Origin: Octopus vulgaris
Lineage: Eukaryota
Direction of reading: 5' to 3'
DNA: 64,000 bases
Assembly (NCBI GenBank): GCA_951406725.2
Contig: OX597826.1
Coordinates: 69,936,001 to 70,000,000, forward strand
Position 1 is the stretch's first letter; every line of letters starts with the position of its first letter. The notes beneath the pieces are model-generated. The model did no database searches and was not told the DNA's origin. It saw only the letters and a list, made by a program, of their open reading frames with translations. Shown piece by piece: positions 10,911-23,147 of the stretch. The translations under genes and the position numbers were made by a program.

Positions 10911-12155
10911 ATGTTAATAAAATATATGCATATATATAAACATGTATGTACGTACCTACCTCTACATGTACATATACACGCATATATGTGTACAGGACAC
11001 CAAAAGGACGTCGAACACATAGAGAGACGAAAAACATAGACACAAACCAAGGAACAAGACAAGCAAAAAAAGGAGATACAGGACAATAAGCACAACGAAA
11101 AATCCCCTTCTTCAGTCGCTAAAGTTTCATCTACTAAACGTTTCGAAGGATAAAAGCGAGACGTATACTTCGAATGAAAAATTCCTTCCCGAGAAAAGCA
11201 AATCAATTAAAATTCTGAGATCTTGTCGCGGAGGGGTAAAAAAAGGCAAGACGGTAACGACAGTACAAACATATAAACAGTAAAAAATATATATATAAAC
11301 AGTGGAAAAATAAATATATAACAGTGAGAGACAGGACAAGGAGAACAAGATAAGAAGGGCTGTTAACGCCAGACGAAAAAAGTATTGCAAACGCTGGATT
11401 ATAGTGGACGACGAGAGAGGAAGATGTCGACCAGTGGCCTTAGAAGGCAGGTGAGGAAAGACGGGATAGCAGTTTCGACGGAAGTACGTCGCAGATGGAC
11501 GACGGGAATGGGGGAGGAGGAGCAAGAGGAAGAGAGAGAAGAAGGGGAATGGTGCGAGGAGACCATGAAGAACAGTGAGGGGGAGAGAGAGAGGAAGAGA
11601 CAAGTTAAGTGAGGGAAAAAGGACGAAAAAGGGAATGGGAGAGAAAGAAAGAAAGAGGCAGAGTCGCGTGAGAGTTAATATCAAGGCGAACTTGATAAAC
11701 AGAACAATCTTACTTAATAGGGTGCGTGCGTTTAGTCGTATAATATGTTAATAAAATATATGCATATATATAAACATGTATGTACGTACCTACCTCTACA
11801 TGTACATATACACGCATATATGTGTACAGGACACCAAAAGGACGTCGAACACATAGAGAGACGAAAAACATAGACACAAACCAAGGAACAAGACAAGCAA
11901 AAAAAGGAGATACAGGACAATAAGCACAATGAAAAATCCCCTTCTTCAGTCGCTAAAGTTTCATCTACTAAACGTTTCGAAGGATAAAAGCGAGACGTAT
12001 ACTTCGAATGAAAAATTCCTTCCCGAGAAAAGCAAATCAATTAAAATTCTGAGATCTTGTCGCGGAGGGGTAAAAAAAAGGCAAGACGGTAACGACAGTA
12101 CAAACATATAAACAGTAAAAAATATATATATAAACAGTGGAAAAATAAATATATA
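10911..12155 (-). mobile_element. Family P1 element with near-identical ~410-bp direct repeats (pseudo-LTR-like partial tandem)
   Basis: 10911-11320 and 11745-12155 are almost identical (offset 834) and flank a ~425-bp non-coding middle. No TG..CA LTR termini. Strand is inferred. Confidence 0.7.
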
Positions 12156-12262
12156 TATATATATATATATAAAGTTAATCCAAACATGAAAACACAAAGA
12201 GAAAACACAACAACACGCGAGGACGTGGAACAAGTATAGTGTTATTGGACGCTCAGGAAAGG

Positions 12263-12525
12263 AGGGTGATTCAAAAAGTCTCCATACATAGGAAAAATTA
12301 ATTTTTTTTATAAGAAACAGTTTATAAGATCCCTAGATCCCCTGATCTGACCCCTCTTGATTTCTTTTGGGGGGCATTTAAAAGGCATGGTTTATCGCGG
12401 AAAGATAAAACACATAAATCATTTGAAGGAATGCATCACCAACTGATTTGCACACGTATCACCAGATGTGATATTACGAGTTTACAGTGAGTGGGGTAAA
12501 CGTATTGGAATGTGTAATCAAGATA
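12263..12525 (+). mobile_element. Tc1/mariner remnant (TIR-like start plus transposase C-terminus)
   Basis: PRSPDLTPLDFFWGHLKGMVYRGKIKHINHLKECIT from ~12332; contains the SPDL motif. Confidence 0.78.
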
Positions 12526-12700
12526 TCATTGACTCTATTATTATCTAGTGTGACAATTGAAAAATGATAACAGAATCAATAATGTAGGAGATTACAGCCA
12601 CCACCACCCCCCAAAAAAGCATTAAAAAGCTGAAGGATTAAAATTAACCAAAGGACATACTAAGTATATCTACCTGCTAGAAATAACAGTCAATGGTTTG

Positions 12701-12935
12701 AAGGCGGCGAGCTGGCAGAAACGTTAGCACGCCTGGCGAAATGCTTAGCGGTATTTCGTCCGTCGCTACGTTCTGAGTTCAAATTCCGCCGAGGTCGACT
12801 TTGCCTTTCCTCCTTTCGGGATCGATTAAGTAAGTACCAGTTACGCACTGGGGTCGATATAATCAACTTAATCCGTTTGTCTGTCCTTGTTTGTTCTCTC
12901 TGTGTTTAGCCCCTTGTGGGTAGTAAAGAAATAGG
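12701..12935 (+). mobile_element. SINE family B, full length
   Basis: AGGCGGCGAGCTGGCAGAAACGTTAGC...GAGTTCAAATTCC...AAAGAAATAGG. Confidence 0.88.
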
Positions 12936-13775
12936 TTTGTTTACGCCCCCGTACCTTAGCGGATCTGCAAAAGGAGACATTCAAATAAGTAACAAACTTA
13001 GAAAAATGCCTAAATACGGGGGGATCGGTTTGATCGACTCACACTTTTGAAGCGGTGCCCCAGCAAAGCCGCGGTCCAGTGACTGGGAGAAGTAAACAGT
13101 CAGAGCAAAAGATATATGATTCAACAAAATTTCAGGTTGATTCGACGAAGTTATTTATGTCAACCATAAAATATAAACCTTCAGGTTAAGACAATCGATA
13201 ACGTCCTCTAGAAAGATAAGGTGGACAATAAACAATCATTTGATGGCGATTAGTCAGGAACTAATTATTGTCCATTGAACTGTAGTGGTTGTGTGCCTTT
13301 GATGGAAAGAGTTATTACAAGAACAATGTGTAACTTGGCGAGGAATTCGTAGACGGTGGGACAGCATAAACGGCGTCGTCTTATACTTTTATCTAAGTTT
13401 GTTTCTGTCTTTGGACGGCGGCTTTGCAGAGGTACCGACTGGAAATGGTTTAGTCAAACAAATCAAATCCAGTATCTATTTATTTATTTATTTATTTATT
13501 TATTTTAAAGCCTGGTACTTATTCTATCGGTTCCTTGTGCGGAATCGGTAAGTTACGGTGACGTCAACAAAGCGACAGCAGGTGTGAAGATGTGGGGTGG
13601 GGGACAAACGCAGCACAAGCACAAAGACACACACACACACACATGTATATATATATAGGTGTGTTTATACACATTTATATATATAGGGAGAGTTTACGAA
13701 AAAAACAAAAGACGAAGACAGGTGGTGCACAAAACAAGCAGATGTATTAGTATAACGCTCAAGAATAGAAAAAGT

Positions 13776-13811
13776 CTTTTACGTTTCGAGCTTACGCTCT
13801 TCTACAGAAAG
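13776..13811 (-). ncRNA. Minimal hammerhead-like motif (core altered to CTGTAGA)
   Basis: CTTT-CTGTAGA-A-GAGC GTAA GCTC-GAAAC-GTA-AAAG; same architecture as 35251-35283. Confidence 0.5.
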
Positions 13812-14276
13812 GGACACAGAAAAGAACAAGGGGAGAAACAAGGAGAGAAAAAATGTGTGTAGTGGCTAACGATCTATCATGGCGTCTGATATATACATTA
13901 ATTATATATATATATATACTTTGATACTTTGATACTTTGATAGGTTTCGGCCATTATTGGCCCAGGCCATGTCTAACTTAATAGCACCACCTGGTATATA
14001 TATATATTAATTATATATATATATATTGTATATTAATTTCATGGTCAGCATGTATAATTACGCTCTCCAATACTTTGTATTAATTTTTTTCCTAAACTGG
14101 TTTTTCACGCAGGCTGCTTGACAAATTCGTAAGAAACGTCGTACACGGCTGGCTATAAATTCTATAGAATATCAGTAGCCAAAAGCTTATCAAGGGATAC
14201 ATACATATATACATACATACATACATACACACACATATACATATACAATGTTAGTAGATATTTAGCTGGCGAACTT

Positions 14277-14330
14277 TGGCTGATGAGAAATCACGCGCCT
14301 ATTTAGCGCTAAATTTCGAAACCGGTACCA
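14277..14330 (+). ncRNA. Type I hammerhead ribozyme, canonical core
   Basis: TGG-CTGATGA-GAAAT[CAC GCGC CTATTTA GCGC TAA]ATTTC-GAAAC-CG-GTA-CCA. Stem I TGG/CCA, stem II G10.1-C11.1 plus an inner hairpin, palindromic stem III ACCGGT. Predicted GUA cleavage after 14327. Confidence 0.78.
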
Positions 14331-14649
14331 GCATGTTCTGACCCATTTGAGGTAAGACATTATTATTGTTCACTGATATTTTTTCGTCTCTTCTCTGTAA
14401 TAGATTTGTGACTATTCGGTGGTACAGAAGTATTTTTTGACTTATATCATCAGCGATATAGGTACTCATGTAGTACCCTTGTGTATATATGTGCATATCT
14501 AATATTGTATGAAGATGTTTTATTAATTTGGCTGTACGGTTGATAATTCGCTTACCACTTGTGATGGTATTTTGATAATACCATCCCTATATTTATTTAT
14601 GTGTATGTATAGCAATCCTCTTTGCTCCGTTCGCCATTCACAGAAATCA

Positions 14650-15110
14650 GCGTTCGTAATACTTTTTTTCGTTCGGCGTTAACAGCCCTTCTTATCTTGT
14701 TTTTCCTTGTCCTGTCTTTTACTGCTTATATTTTGTACTGTCGTTACTGTCCTGTTTTTGTTACCATTTTTACCCCTCTGCAAAAGGATCTCAAATTTTA
14801 ATTGATTTGCTTTTCGCAGGAAGGAAAGTTTCTTATTCGAAGATACGTCTCACCTTCACCTTCGAAACGTAGAGTAGATGAAACCATGGCGACTGAAGAA
14901 GGGGTTTTTTCTTTGTGTTAATTGTCCTGTACTCTATTTTTTTGTTGTTTAAAAAAATGTCCAGTTCCTTGGGTTTGTGTCTATGTTTTCGTTTCTCATT
15001 GTGTTCGACGTTTTTTGGTGTCCTGTACTCATATATGCGTGTGTATATACATGTAGAGGTAGGTACGTACATATATGTTTATATATATGCATATGTTTTA
15101 TTTATTAATA
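14650..15110 (+). mobile_element. Family P1 repeat copy (opposite orientation to 10911-12155)
   Basis: Reverse-complement similarity to 10911-11390. Confidence 0.7.
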
Positions 15111-15129
15111 TATATATATATGTATATCA

Positions 15130-15425
15130 CAGGAGTGACTGTGTAGTAAGAAGCTTGGCCCAGTGTCTTTTACTACAGCCTCGGGCCGACCAATGCCTTG
15201 TGAGTGGATTTGGTAGATGGAAACTGAAAGAAGCTCGTCATTTGTGTATTAGTGTTTGTCTTCACTGTTTCACAACAAATGCGGAAATATCTGTGCTCCT
15301 ATTAGCGGTTTAGCAATAGTAATCGATGGAATAAGTATTCGGGTCGAATTTTTCGACAAAATCCTTTAAGGTGGTGCCCCAGCATGGCCGCAGTCCAATG
15401 ACTGAAACAAGTAAGAGATAAAAAA
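15130..15425 (+). mobile_element. SINE family A, degenerate
   Basis: CTCGGGCCGACCAATGCCTTGTGAGTGGATTTGGTAGA...CAGCATGGCCGCAGTC..ACTGAAACAAG. Confidence 0.78.
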
Positions 15426-16229
15426 GCAAAAGCATTCGAATGTTTATTTTGCTGAGCGTTTTTCGTGAAGAACTCACACACTGACACACACACACACACA
15501 CGCACGTAGTACACGCATACACACATAAACGCATACACACACACAGACACGCACACACACACACACGCATACATATACACACACTCACGCGCAAACAAAC
15601 AGAAGTAATTGAAAATTTTATTTCATTTTAAAAAATTGATTTTCTCAAATAATTTCTTATCGTTTTCAAATTGCAATGAGCTGTTTAAAAAATTAGTCGA
15701 GATTAAATTTTGGAAGTTTTTTTTTCTGTTGACATTTATTATTCAAAAAAAAAAAGAAAGTAAAATCTTGAAGATAATCTGAAAATAAATTGATGTATTT
15801 TCATTGACATTTATAATTTTAAAAATCCCAGAAAGATTAGATAACCTGGAAATAGATTGAAAATATATTACAATTAAAAAGTAATTTGTTTTTATCATTC
15901 AAAAACAAATTATTCGACATTAATTTTCTATGTATTTTGGCTTTTGGTTTTCTATAAATGTGATTTTCGACCAATTTGGCTTTCGATAATTTGCTTTCGA
16001 AGATTGTGTTTCACATGAATATGCCGTATTCCACATGTCTGTGCGTCTGTGTTTGCATGCATGCATGCATGCATGTATGTATGTATGTATGTATGTATGT
16101 ATGTATGTATGTATGTATGTATGTATGTATGTATGTATGTATGTATGTATGTATGTATGTATGTATGTATGTATGTGTGTGTGTGTGTGCGTTCGTGTAT
16201 GTATGTACTGCATGTGTGTGTCTATGTAC

Positions 16230-16590
16230 GTTGTTGTTGGTACTCCGTCGGTTACGACGACGAGGGTTCCAGTTGATCCGTTCAACGGAACAGCCTGCAA
16301 GTGAAATGAACGTGCAACTGCCTGAGTACTCCACAGACACGTGTACCCTTAACGTAGTTCTCGGGCAGATTCAGCGTGACACAGAGTGTGACAAGGCTGG
16401 CCCTTTGAAATACATGTACAGCAGAAACAGAAAGAGTGCAGCAGGGGTCGCCACCAACCCCTGCCGGAGCCTCGTGGAGCTTTAGGTGTTTTCGCTCAAT
16501 AAATATACACAACGCCTGGTCTGAGAATGGAAACCACGATCCTACAACCGCGAGTCCGCTGCCCTTACCACTAGGCCATTGCGCCTCCAC
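16230..16590 (-). mobile_element. SINE family C (tRNA-Arg-like head, (AAC)n tail)
   Basis: Reverse complement begins GTGGAGGCGCAATGGCCTAGTGGTAAGGGCAGCGGACTCGCGG; homologous to 30163-30538 and 59006-59360. Confidence 0.85.
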
Positions 16591-16989
16591 GACTATGTAC
16601 GTACATACGTATGTATGTATATATGTATGCACGCATGTATATATGTATGACTGTATTCGCTTGGCTCGTTTTGATTTTAGACTAAATTTTGACCGGCCAC
16701 CCTAATTAGTAGCAAATTTGTGATAGAAAGTAACATGTTTTAACCATCATCATTTAAATCCGAAGAAGGTCTTGCAGATTTCTATAGTCCCTGATATCAT
16801 GATCATTTGTAGAGTAGGAATTACGAATTTGCGCTCTCCCTAAATGATCCCAAGTTCTGTCATACTTTGCTCCAAACGGGTGGGTACGTATCCTGTTGCT
16901 CCATTAATAACGGGTATGCAGCTGAAAGTGTATGTATATATGTATGTATGAATATTGATTTTACCGAGTTCATCCGTCCTTTGACAGAT

Positions 16990-17313
16990 TTTACTCTTTT
17001 ACTCTTTTACTTGTTTCAGTCATTTGACTGCGGCCATACTGGAGCACCGCTTTCAGTCGAGCAAATTGACCCCAGGACTTATTCTTTGTAAGACTAGTAC
17101 TTATTCTATCGTTCACTTTTGCCGAACCTCTAAGTTACGGGGACGTAAACACACCAACATCGGTTGTCAAGCGATGTTGTGGGACAAACACACACACACA
17201 AACATGTACACACACACACATACTCACACATATGTATACATATATACGGCGGGCTTCTTTTAGTTTCCGTCTTCCAAATCCACTCACAAGGCTTTGGTCG
17301 ACCCGAGGCTATA
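16990..17313 (-). mobile_element. SINE family A, 5'-truncated
   Basis: Matches the body and tail of 21520-21932. Confidence 0.83.
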
Positions 17314-17428
17314 GATAGATAGATAAATAGATAAGTAGGTAGGTAGGTAGGTAGGTAGGTAGGTAGGTAGGTAGGTAGGTAGGTAGGTAGGTAGGTAGGT
17401 AGGTAGAAAGACAGACAGACAGACAGAC

Positions 17429-17495
<67 letters not shown>

Positions 17496-17520
17496 CAGAT
17501 AGATAGATAGATAGATAGAT
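17311..17520. repeat. Compound (GATA)n-(GGTA)n-(GACA)n tetranucleotide tract
   Basis: Direct reading. Confidence 0.95.
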
Positions 17521-17819
17521 GTTTGATCTTACGTGAAATTATAAGAACAATCTTACATGAAACTGTAGGATTACTCCATGCTTTTTGTAGAGCCCGTATT
17601 TATTATTGTTTAATAAGAATAGTGTCGAAACTTTGCTTCGCAGTTCCGATCTGCTAAGCCATCATTGTTAATCTGGCCCTTATGTAGTCTCAGTTGAGTT
17701 TAAATTTCCATTACAATCCACACAAGAACTTAATTATCATTTATCAGAGCTCCACCTACCGCAGAAATTTTAACTTAACTGAGAGCGCATATAAAGCCAA
17801 GATGAACACAAATGTAACA

Positions 17820-17862
17820 CAGTCCGATGATGGCTTAATAAGCCGAAACTTCGAAATCACTG
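17820..17862 (+). ncRNA. Minimal type I hammerhead motif (CCGAUGA variant)
   Basis: CAGT-CCGATGA-T-GGCTT AAT AAGCC-GAAA-CTTCGAAA-TC-ACTG. Stem I CAGT/ACTG, 5-bp stem II, palindromic TTCGAA in stem III, AUC triplet. Confidence 0.62.
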
Positions 17863-18104
17863 CCAATATTAATCTACTTAAAGAATAACAGCTAAGTGTG
17901 AAACGAAAATATAGTTAAGATAAATATCTTACAGAGACTTAAACACGGATAAAGGTATATTAAATAACATACTGCATAAGTCTTTGATTTAATGAAATTA
18001 TATCGGCTTCCATCAACGATAGACAATCCTCTCGTTCGCCATGTATACATACATACATATACATATCTATCTATCTATCTAGCTAGCTAGCTATATCTAT
18101 CTGT

Positions 18105-18174
<70 letters not shown>

Positions 18175-18181
18175 CGGGTAT

Positions 18182-18218
<37 letters not shown>

Positions 18219-18257
18219 AACACATACATACTTAAACACACATATGCATGCATACAT

Positions 18258-18315
<58 letters not shown>

Positions 18316-18815
18316 ATGTAAGTCTAAACACTGCTGCCGAAATAATGTTATGGAATAGTTGAGTTAGTGATAACATGCTTAATATAAAACGCCAGAGGAT
18401 TTTAATTATGTGTTTCCCTTCTGGCGCCGAGAACGCTCCGAATATCAAAGACACACCTCAATTTTGATTTGAAACTTTTGAAAAATTCTCACCATAAACA
18501 CTTCCACGTAATTTACATAAATATGTTTAATTCATTACTTGACGTCTGCATTCTTTTGCTAAAATTTTGTACAGTAAGGAAACGCGGTGAATTTTGTAAA
18601 GATAAGACTCGCCTGTGGTTTAAAAAAAAAAGCATTCTTCGTCCGGTAGGACGCACAGTAGATTTCAGAGACTTTTGTTTATTTTTTATCTCAAGCCTGA
18701 GGACTCTTCTGTCTGGTTTCATTGAAAGTGCTCGAGTCCTAGAATTTTGAGGAGTGTGGGTAAATCGAATTATATTGCCCACCCACCCCACTAGTACTTC
18801 ACTGATACTTGACTG

Positions 18816-18816
<1 letters not shown>

Positions 18817-18906
<90 letters not shown>
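18817..18906. repeat. (AAT)n microsatellite
   Basis: Direct reading; follows the 3' end of the adjacent minus-strand SINE B. Confidence 0.96.
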
Positions 18907-18908
<2 letters not shown>

Positions 18909-18934
18909 TGTTTCAAAATTTGCTACATGGCAGC

Positions 18935-19245
18935 AGTTTTGGGGTTGGGGATTAAGTCGATTACACGACCCCAGTGTTTCACTGGTATTTGATTTATCGA
19001 TCCCGAAAGAATGAAAAGCAAAGTCGACCGCGGCGGATTTGAACTCAGAACGCAGCGACGGGCGAAATACCGCTAAGTATTCCGTTTAGTGTGCTAACGA
19101 TTCTGCCAGCTCCCTGCCTTAGTTTATCGTTCCCCGAAAGGATGAAAAGCAAAGTCGACCTCGTGAGAACTTGGACTCAGACCACGAAGTTGGACAAAAT
19201 GTTAATAAGCATTTTGACCGTCATGCTAACGATTCTGCCATCTCA
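18935..19245 (-). mobile_element. Two adjacent SINE family B copies (one partial)
   Basis: TTTATCGA.CCCGAAAG.ATGAAA.GCAAAGTCGACC appears twice; GCTAACGATTCTGCCAGCTC head. Confidence 0.78.
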
Positions 19246-19284
19246 CCGTTTTAATGTATGTGTGTGTGTGTGGGGGGGGGGGTG

Positions 19285-19340
<56 letters not shown>

Positions 19341-19775
19341 ATGTATGTATGTATATATGCATGTATGTATGTCATTATTCAGTTTTATTTCAAGATTTCT
19401 TACCAATAAAGAACCGGTTTGTAACTTTTTCATTGGAATTTCAAAAACATCAACGGGATATGTATATATGTATGTGCGTACGTATGTATGTATGTATGTA
19501 TGTATGTATATATGTATGTATGTATATATGTATGTATGTATATATGTATGTATAGTGCAGATTTGTATGTTTTGTTTTAAGCATGTATTCTCATGCATTT
19601 AGGGCGCACGTATATATGTAAGTATGTATGTATTAACAAGAATAAAAAGTTGCATAGAAATTCGGCAATAGACCACAAGGAAATCATACACAAAACATAT
19701 GGACGCACTCATCCCTCATTAGTTATCGACCAAAAATTCCCTGCAATTATCGTGCCATTATCTCTATATATATTA

Positions 19776-20169
19776 CTAGCAGTATCGCCCGGCGTTGCCC
19801 GGGTTTGTTTCGACCCTTTAGAATTGGAATTTTTGAATAGTAAAAATTTTGCATTATGTAGCTTGTTATTCTCTTTAAGTGAACATTTTCCTGGTTGAAA
19901 TACAATGAAAAATGACGACACAGCAGTCAAAAAATCGTAAAAAAATAAAGATTTTCATAGAAAAAAAAGCACCTTTTTGGTGTAAATAATTTTTGGTTTT
20001 AACATGGTATGATTTGAATTTTTTCTTCTACGGAAGGAAGAGCAAACCTTCTTCTATCATATTCTCAATTTTGGCCAACTTGCGCAGCAGGGTCTTGGAG
20101 GAGATAGTGTTAGTTGAAGGCTACCAAACCTGCCATACACAGACAACTTCAGCTTTATATATAGAGAGA
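19776..20169 (-). mobile_element. Non-autonomous Helitron-type element
   Basis: Reverse complement starts A|TCTCTCTATATATAAAG and ends CCCGGGCAACGCCGGGCGATACTGCTAG|T: 5'-TC, subterminal GC hairpin, 3'-CTAG, A|T target, no TSD. Confidence 0.8.
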
Positions 20170-21120
20170 TTTCAAGACGGTAGGGTGTTATTTCTTGCAG
20201 ACCAAACGACCACGTAGAGATACACTTATTCTATAGTACACTAAAAATTGTATTGGCAGTGGTAAGGTAAATGGTAGGGTATTGTTAATAGTGGTGTCAG
20301 TCGGCCAGTGATGGTAGTAGTGGTAGTTTTGTTTAAAGGAAATAAAACAGTGTTTAGGTTTTAGATGTTGCTAACCCCTATTGAGCATGGAAGGGAGCGA
20401 CGTGGGGCAGAATGAATAACTCTACGGGGTCCCTTCAGCTCTTTAATTAGTTTCGCAGTGTTACACGAGAACGAACTGTCTCTCAAACTCTTTCAGCAAA
20501 AGCAAAAACAAACTTTCTAATCCCCACCCTCAGCTGTCTGTACGATTCGCATGACCTGCAAACACAATGACCAATGAAAGAGCTTCTGTGAAAGTCACAT
20601 GACCTTTCAACAAAGTAGACAGCATGCGTATGTGTGACTGTATACACACGTACGTTTAAGCGTGTGTGTGTGTATGTGTGTGTGTGTGTGTTGTGTGTGT
20701 GTATGTGTGTGCGTGCGTCACGTGTCTTTCTACTAAATCCAATGCGACACTAGCAAACTTGGGAACCTCTATACGATACTTCAAGCTGTTAGAAATAGCA
20801 GTCAAATTTGCCTCAAATTCCAGCCTATCGTTTTTATAAATAAGAAGCTCATTGAACTTATAAAGTCCTTTGCATATTATATGATGTGATTGCTACGGAT
20901 GGAATGCGTCTACTGTTATAATATTGGTCTGATATTAAAGAACAACAGACGATAAGACAGGATGCATCAATGCAAAATATGCGCGCATGACATGTGTGGG
21001 TAAACTGTAAGTCACGTGACCTTGAAATATAATGAAAGATTCCTTTACAAAGAGAGATCCTCTTCGCAATCGCGTGACATGCTAAAAACTGCAGCTACAT
21101 CGTCCGCAGTTTACATCAGA

Positions 21121-21178
<58 letters not shown>

Positions 21179-21181
<3 letters not shown>

Positions 21182-21425
21182 GCGCCCTTTTAAAGCCTAG
21201 CCAGGCTCATGGGCCCGGTTTCTCGGTTTCTATGGCGTTTGTGTTCCCTAGCTGGACGGGACGCCAGTCCATCGCAACGTTACTCATTTTTGCCAGCTGA
21301 GTGGACTGGAGCAACGTGAAATGAAGTGTTTTGCTCAAGAACACAACGCGTCGCCCGGTCCAGGAGTCGAAACCACAATCTTACAACCATGATGCTGACA
21401 CCCTAACCACTAAGATACGCGCCTC

Positions 21426-21428
<3 letters not shown>
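21179..21428 (-). mobile_element. SINE family D (tRNA head with V/Meta-like GATGGACTGGCGTCCCGTCCAG domain)
   Basis: Reverse complement matches the monomers at 60070-60582. Confidence 0.85.
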
Positions 21429-21501
<73 letters not shown>

Positions 21502-21519
21502 TAGATAGATAGATATATA

Positions 21520-21930
21520 TAGGCTTAGGAGTGGGTGTGTGGTAAGTAGCTTGCTTACGAACCACATGGTTCCGGGTTCAGTCCCACTACGTGGCACCTT
21601 GGGCAAGTGTCTTCTACTATAGCCTCGAGCCGACCAATGCCTTGTGAGTGGATTTGGTAGACGGAAACTGAAAGAAGCCCGTCGTATATATGTATATATA
21701 TGTGTGTGTGTGCATGTTTGTGTGTCTGTGTTTGTCCCCCTAGCATTGCTTGACAACTGATGCTGGTGTGTCTACGTCGCCGTCACTTAGCGGTTCGGCA
21801 AAAGAAACCGATAGAATAAGTACTGGATTTACAAAGAATAAGTCCCGGGGTCGATTTGCTCGACTAAAGGCGGTGCTCCAGCATGGCCGCAGTCAAAGGA
21901 CTGAAACAAGTAAAAGAGAGAGAGTAAAGA

Positions 21931-21932
<2 letters not shown>
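21520..21932 (+). mobile_element. SINE family A, full length
   Basis: Complete head, body, central microsatellite and tail. Confidence 0.9.
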
Positions 21933-21971
<39 letters not shown>

Positions 21972-22256
21972 TGCACACATGCATGTTTGTAAATACATAC
22001 ATGTGTATTGATGTATGCGTAAAGACAAGTCGTAGATTTACCTCTCTCTAAATAAACCGCCACTGTATAGCATAGAATCAAACTCTCCTTCTCACACGAG
22101 TAACGGGATTTAAGTAGATTAATCTATCCAATTTGTCTGTGTCTTAAATAGCCACTATAGGATATAAGTAAATAAGCTCTCCAATTTACTTAATCCTTAG
22201 TAATTATTGGGTTTATAAACTGTGTCTCCGCGGACACTTGAAGATAGTCTTGGTAC

Positions 22257-22292
22257 CTGATGAAATTCTAATACAAGATTGAAACCAGTCCG
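22257..22292 (+). ncRNA. Degenerate hammerhead-like motif
   Basis: CTGATGA-AAT(T)CT...AGATT-GAAAC-CA-GTC. Core boxes and triplet are present but stem I does not pair. Confidence 0.35.
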
Positions 22293-22538
22293 GGCGAGCC
22301 CTCTTTTTCTATCTACGAAGATATTTTTACATGGAGATAAGTCGTCTATACTTGACTGCACTTATTAGTATTGGTAAAAAATCTATACATAGTTTCTGTT
22401 GTATAGGATAGCGATAAAAATATATAACCCCTTTAATACATTAGAAATTTATACATATGTAAGTATGCATGTATGTATGTATGTATGTATGTATGTATGT
22501 ATGTATGTATGTATGTATGTATGTATGTATGTACGTAC

Positions 22539-22569
<31 letters not shown>

Positions 22570-22674
22570 TGTATGTATATACACACACACACATACACAA
22601 ACACACGTACATACGTTGAATGTTAGTGAGTACTTATAGAGGCGCACATGCACACATGTATGTACATAGAGATA

Positions 22675-22733
<59 letters not shown>

Positions 22734-22880
22734 ATATGTATATGAATTCAGAGATAGATAGATAGATAGATAGATGGATAGATAAACTGGAGTTGTATGT
22801 AGTCACCACTCCTCCATTTCGTTTTTGTTCTATGAAAACATACACACAAAAATACACACATACACACTGATATATAATAC

Positions 22881-22928
<48 letters not shown>

Positions 22929-23042
22929 ACATGGATACAAAACATATATGTATATATGTGTATCTTAATTACACATACACATGCATACATCGATACATGC
23001 ATATATACTTATGTGCATATATACACATATGTATATACAAAC

Positions 23043-23082
<40 letters not shown>

Positions 23083-23101
23083 CTGTATATATGTATATAT
23101 G

Positions 23102-23147
<46 letters not shown>

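Noticed and set aside
11095-11165. Permuted (type II) hammerhead in family P1 (CCTTCGAAACGT...CTGAAGAAGG)
   Set aside because: Core-like boxes are present but stem I could not be paired in any copy; kept only as a note in the P1 finding
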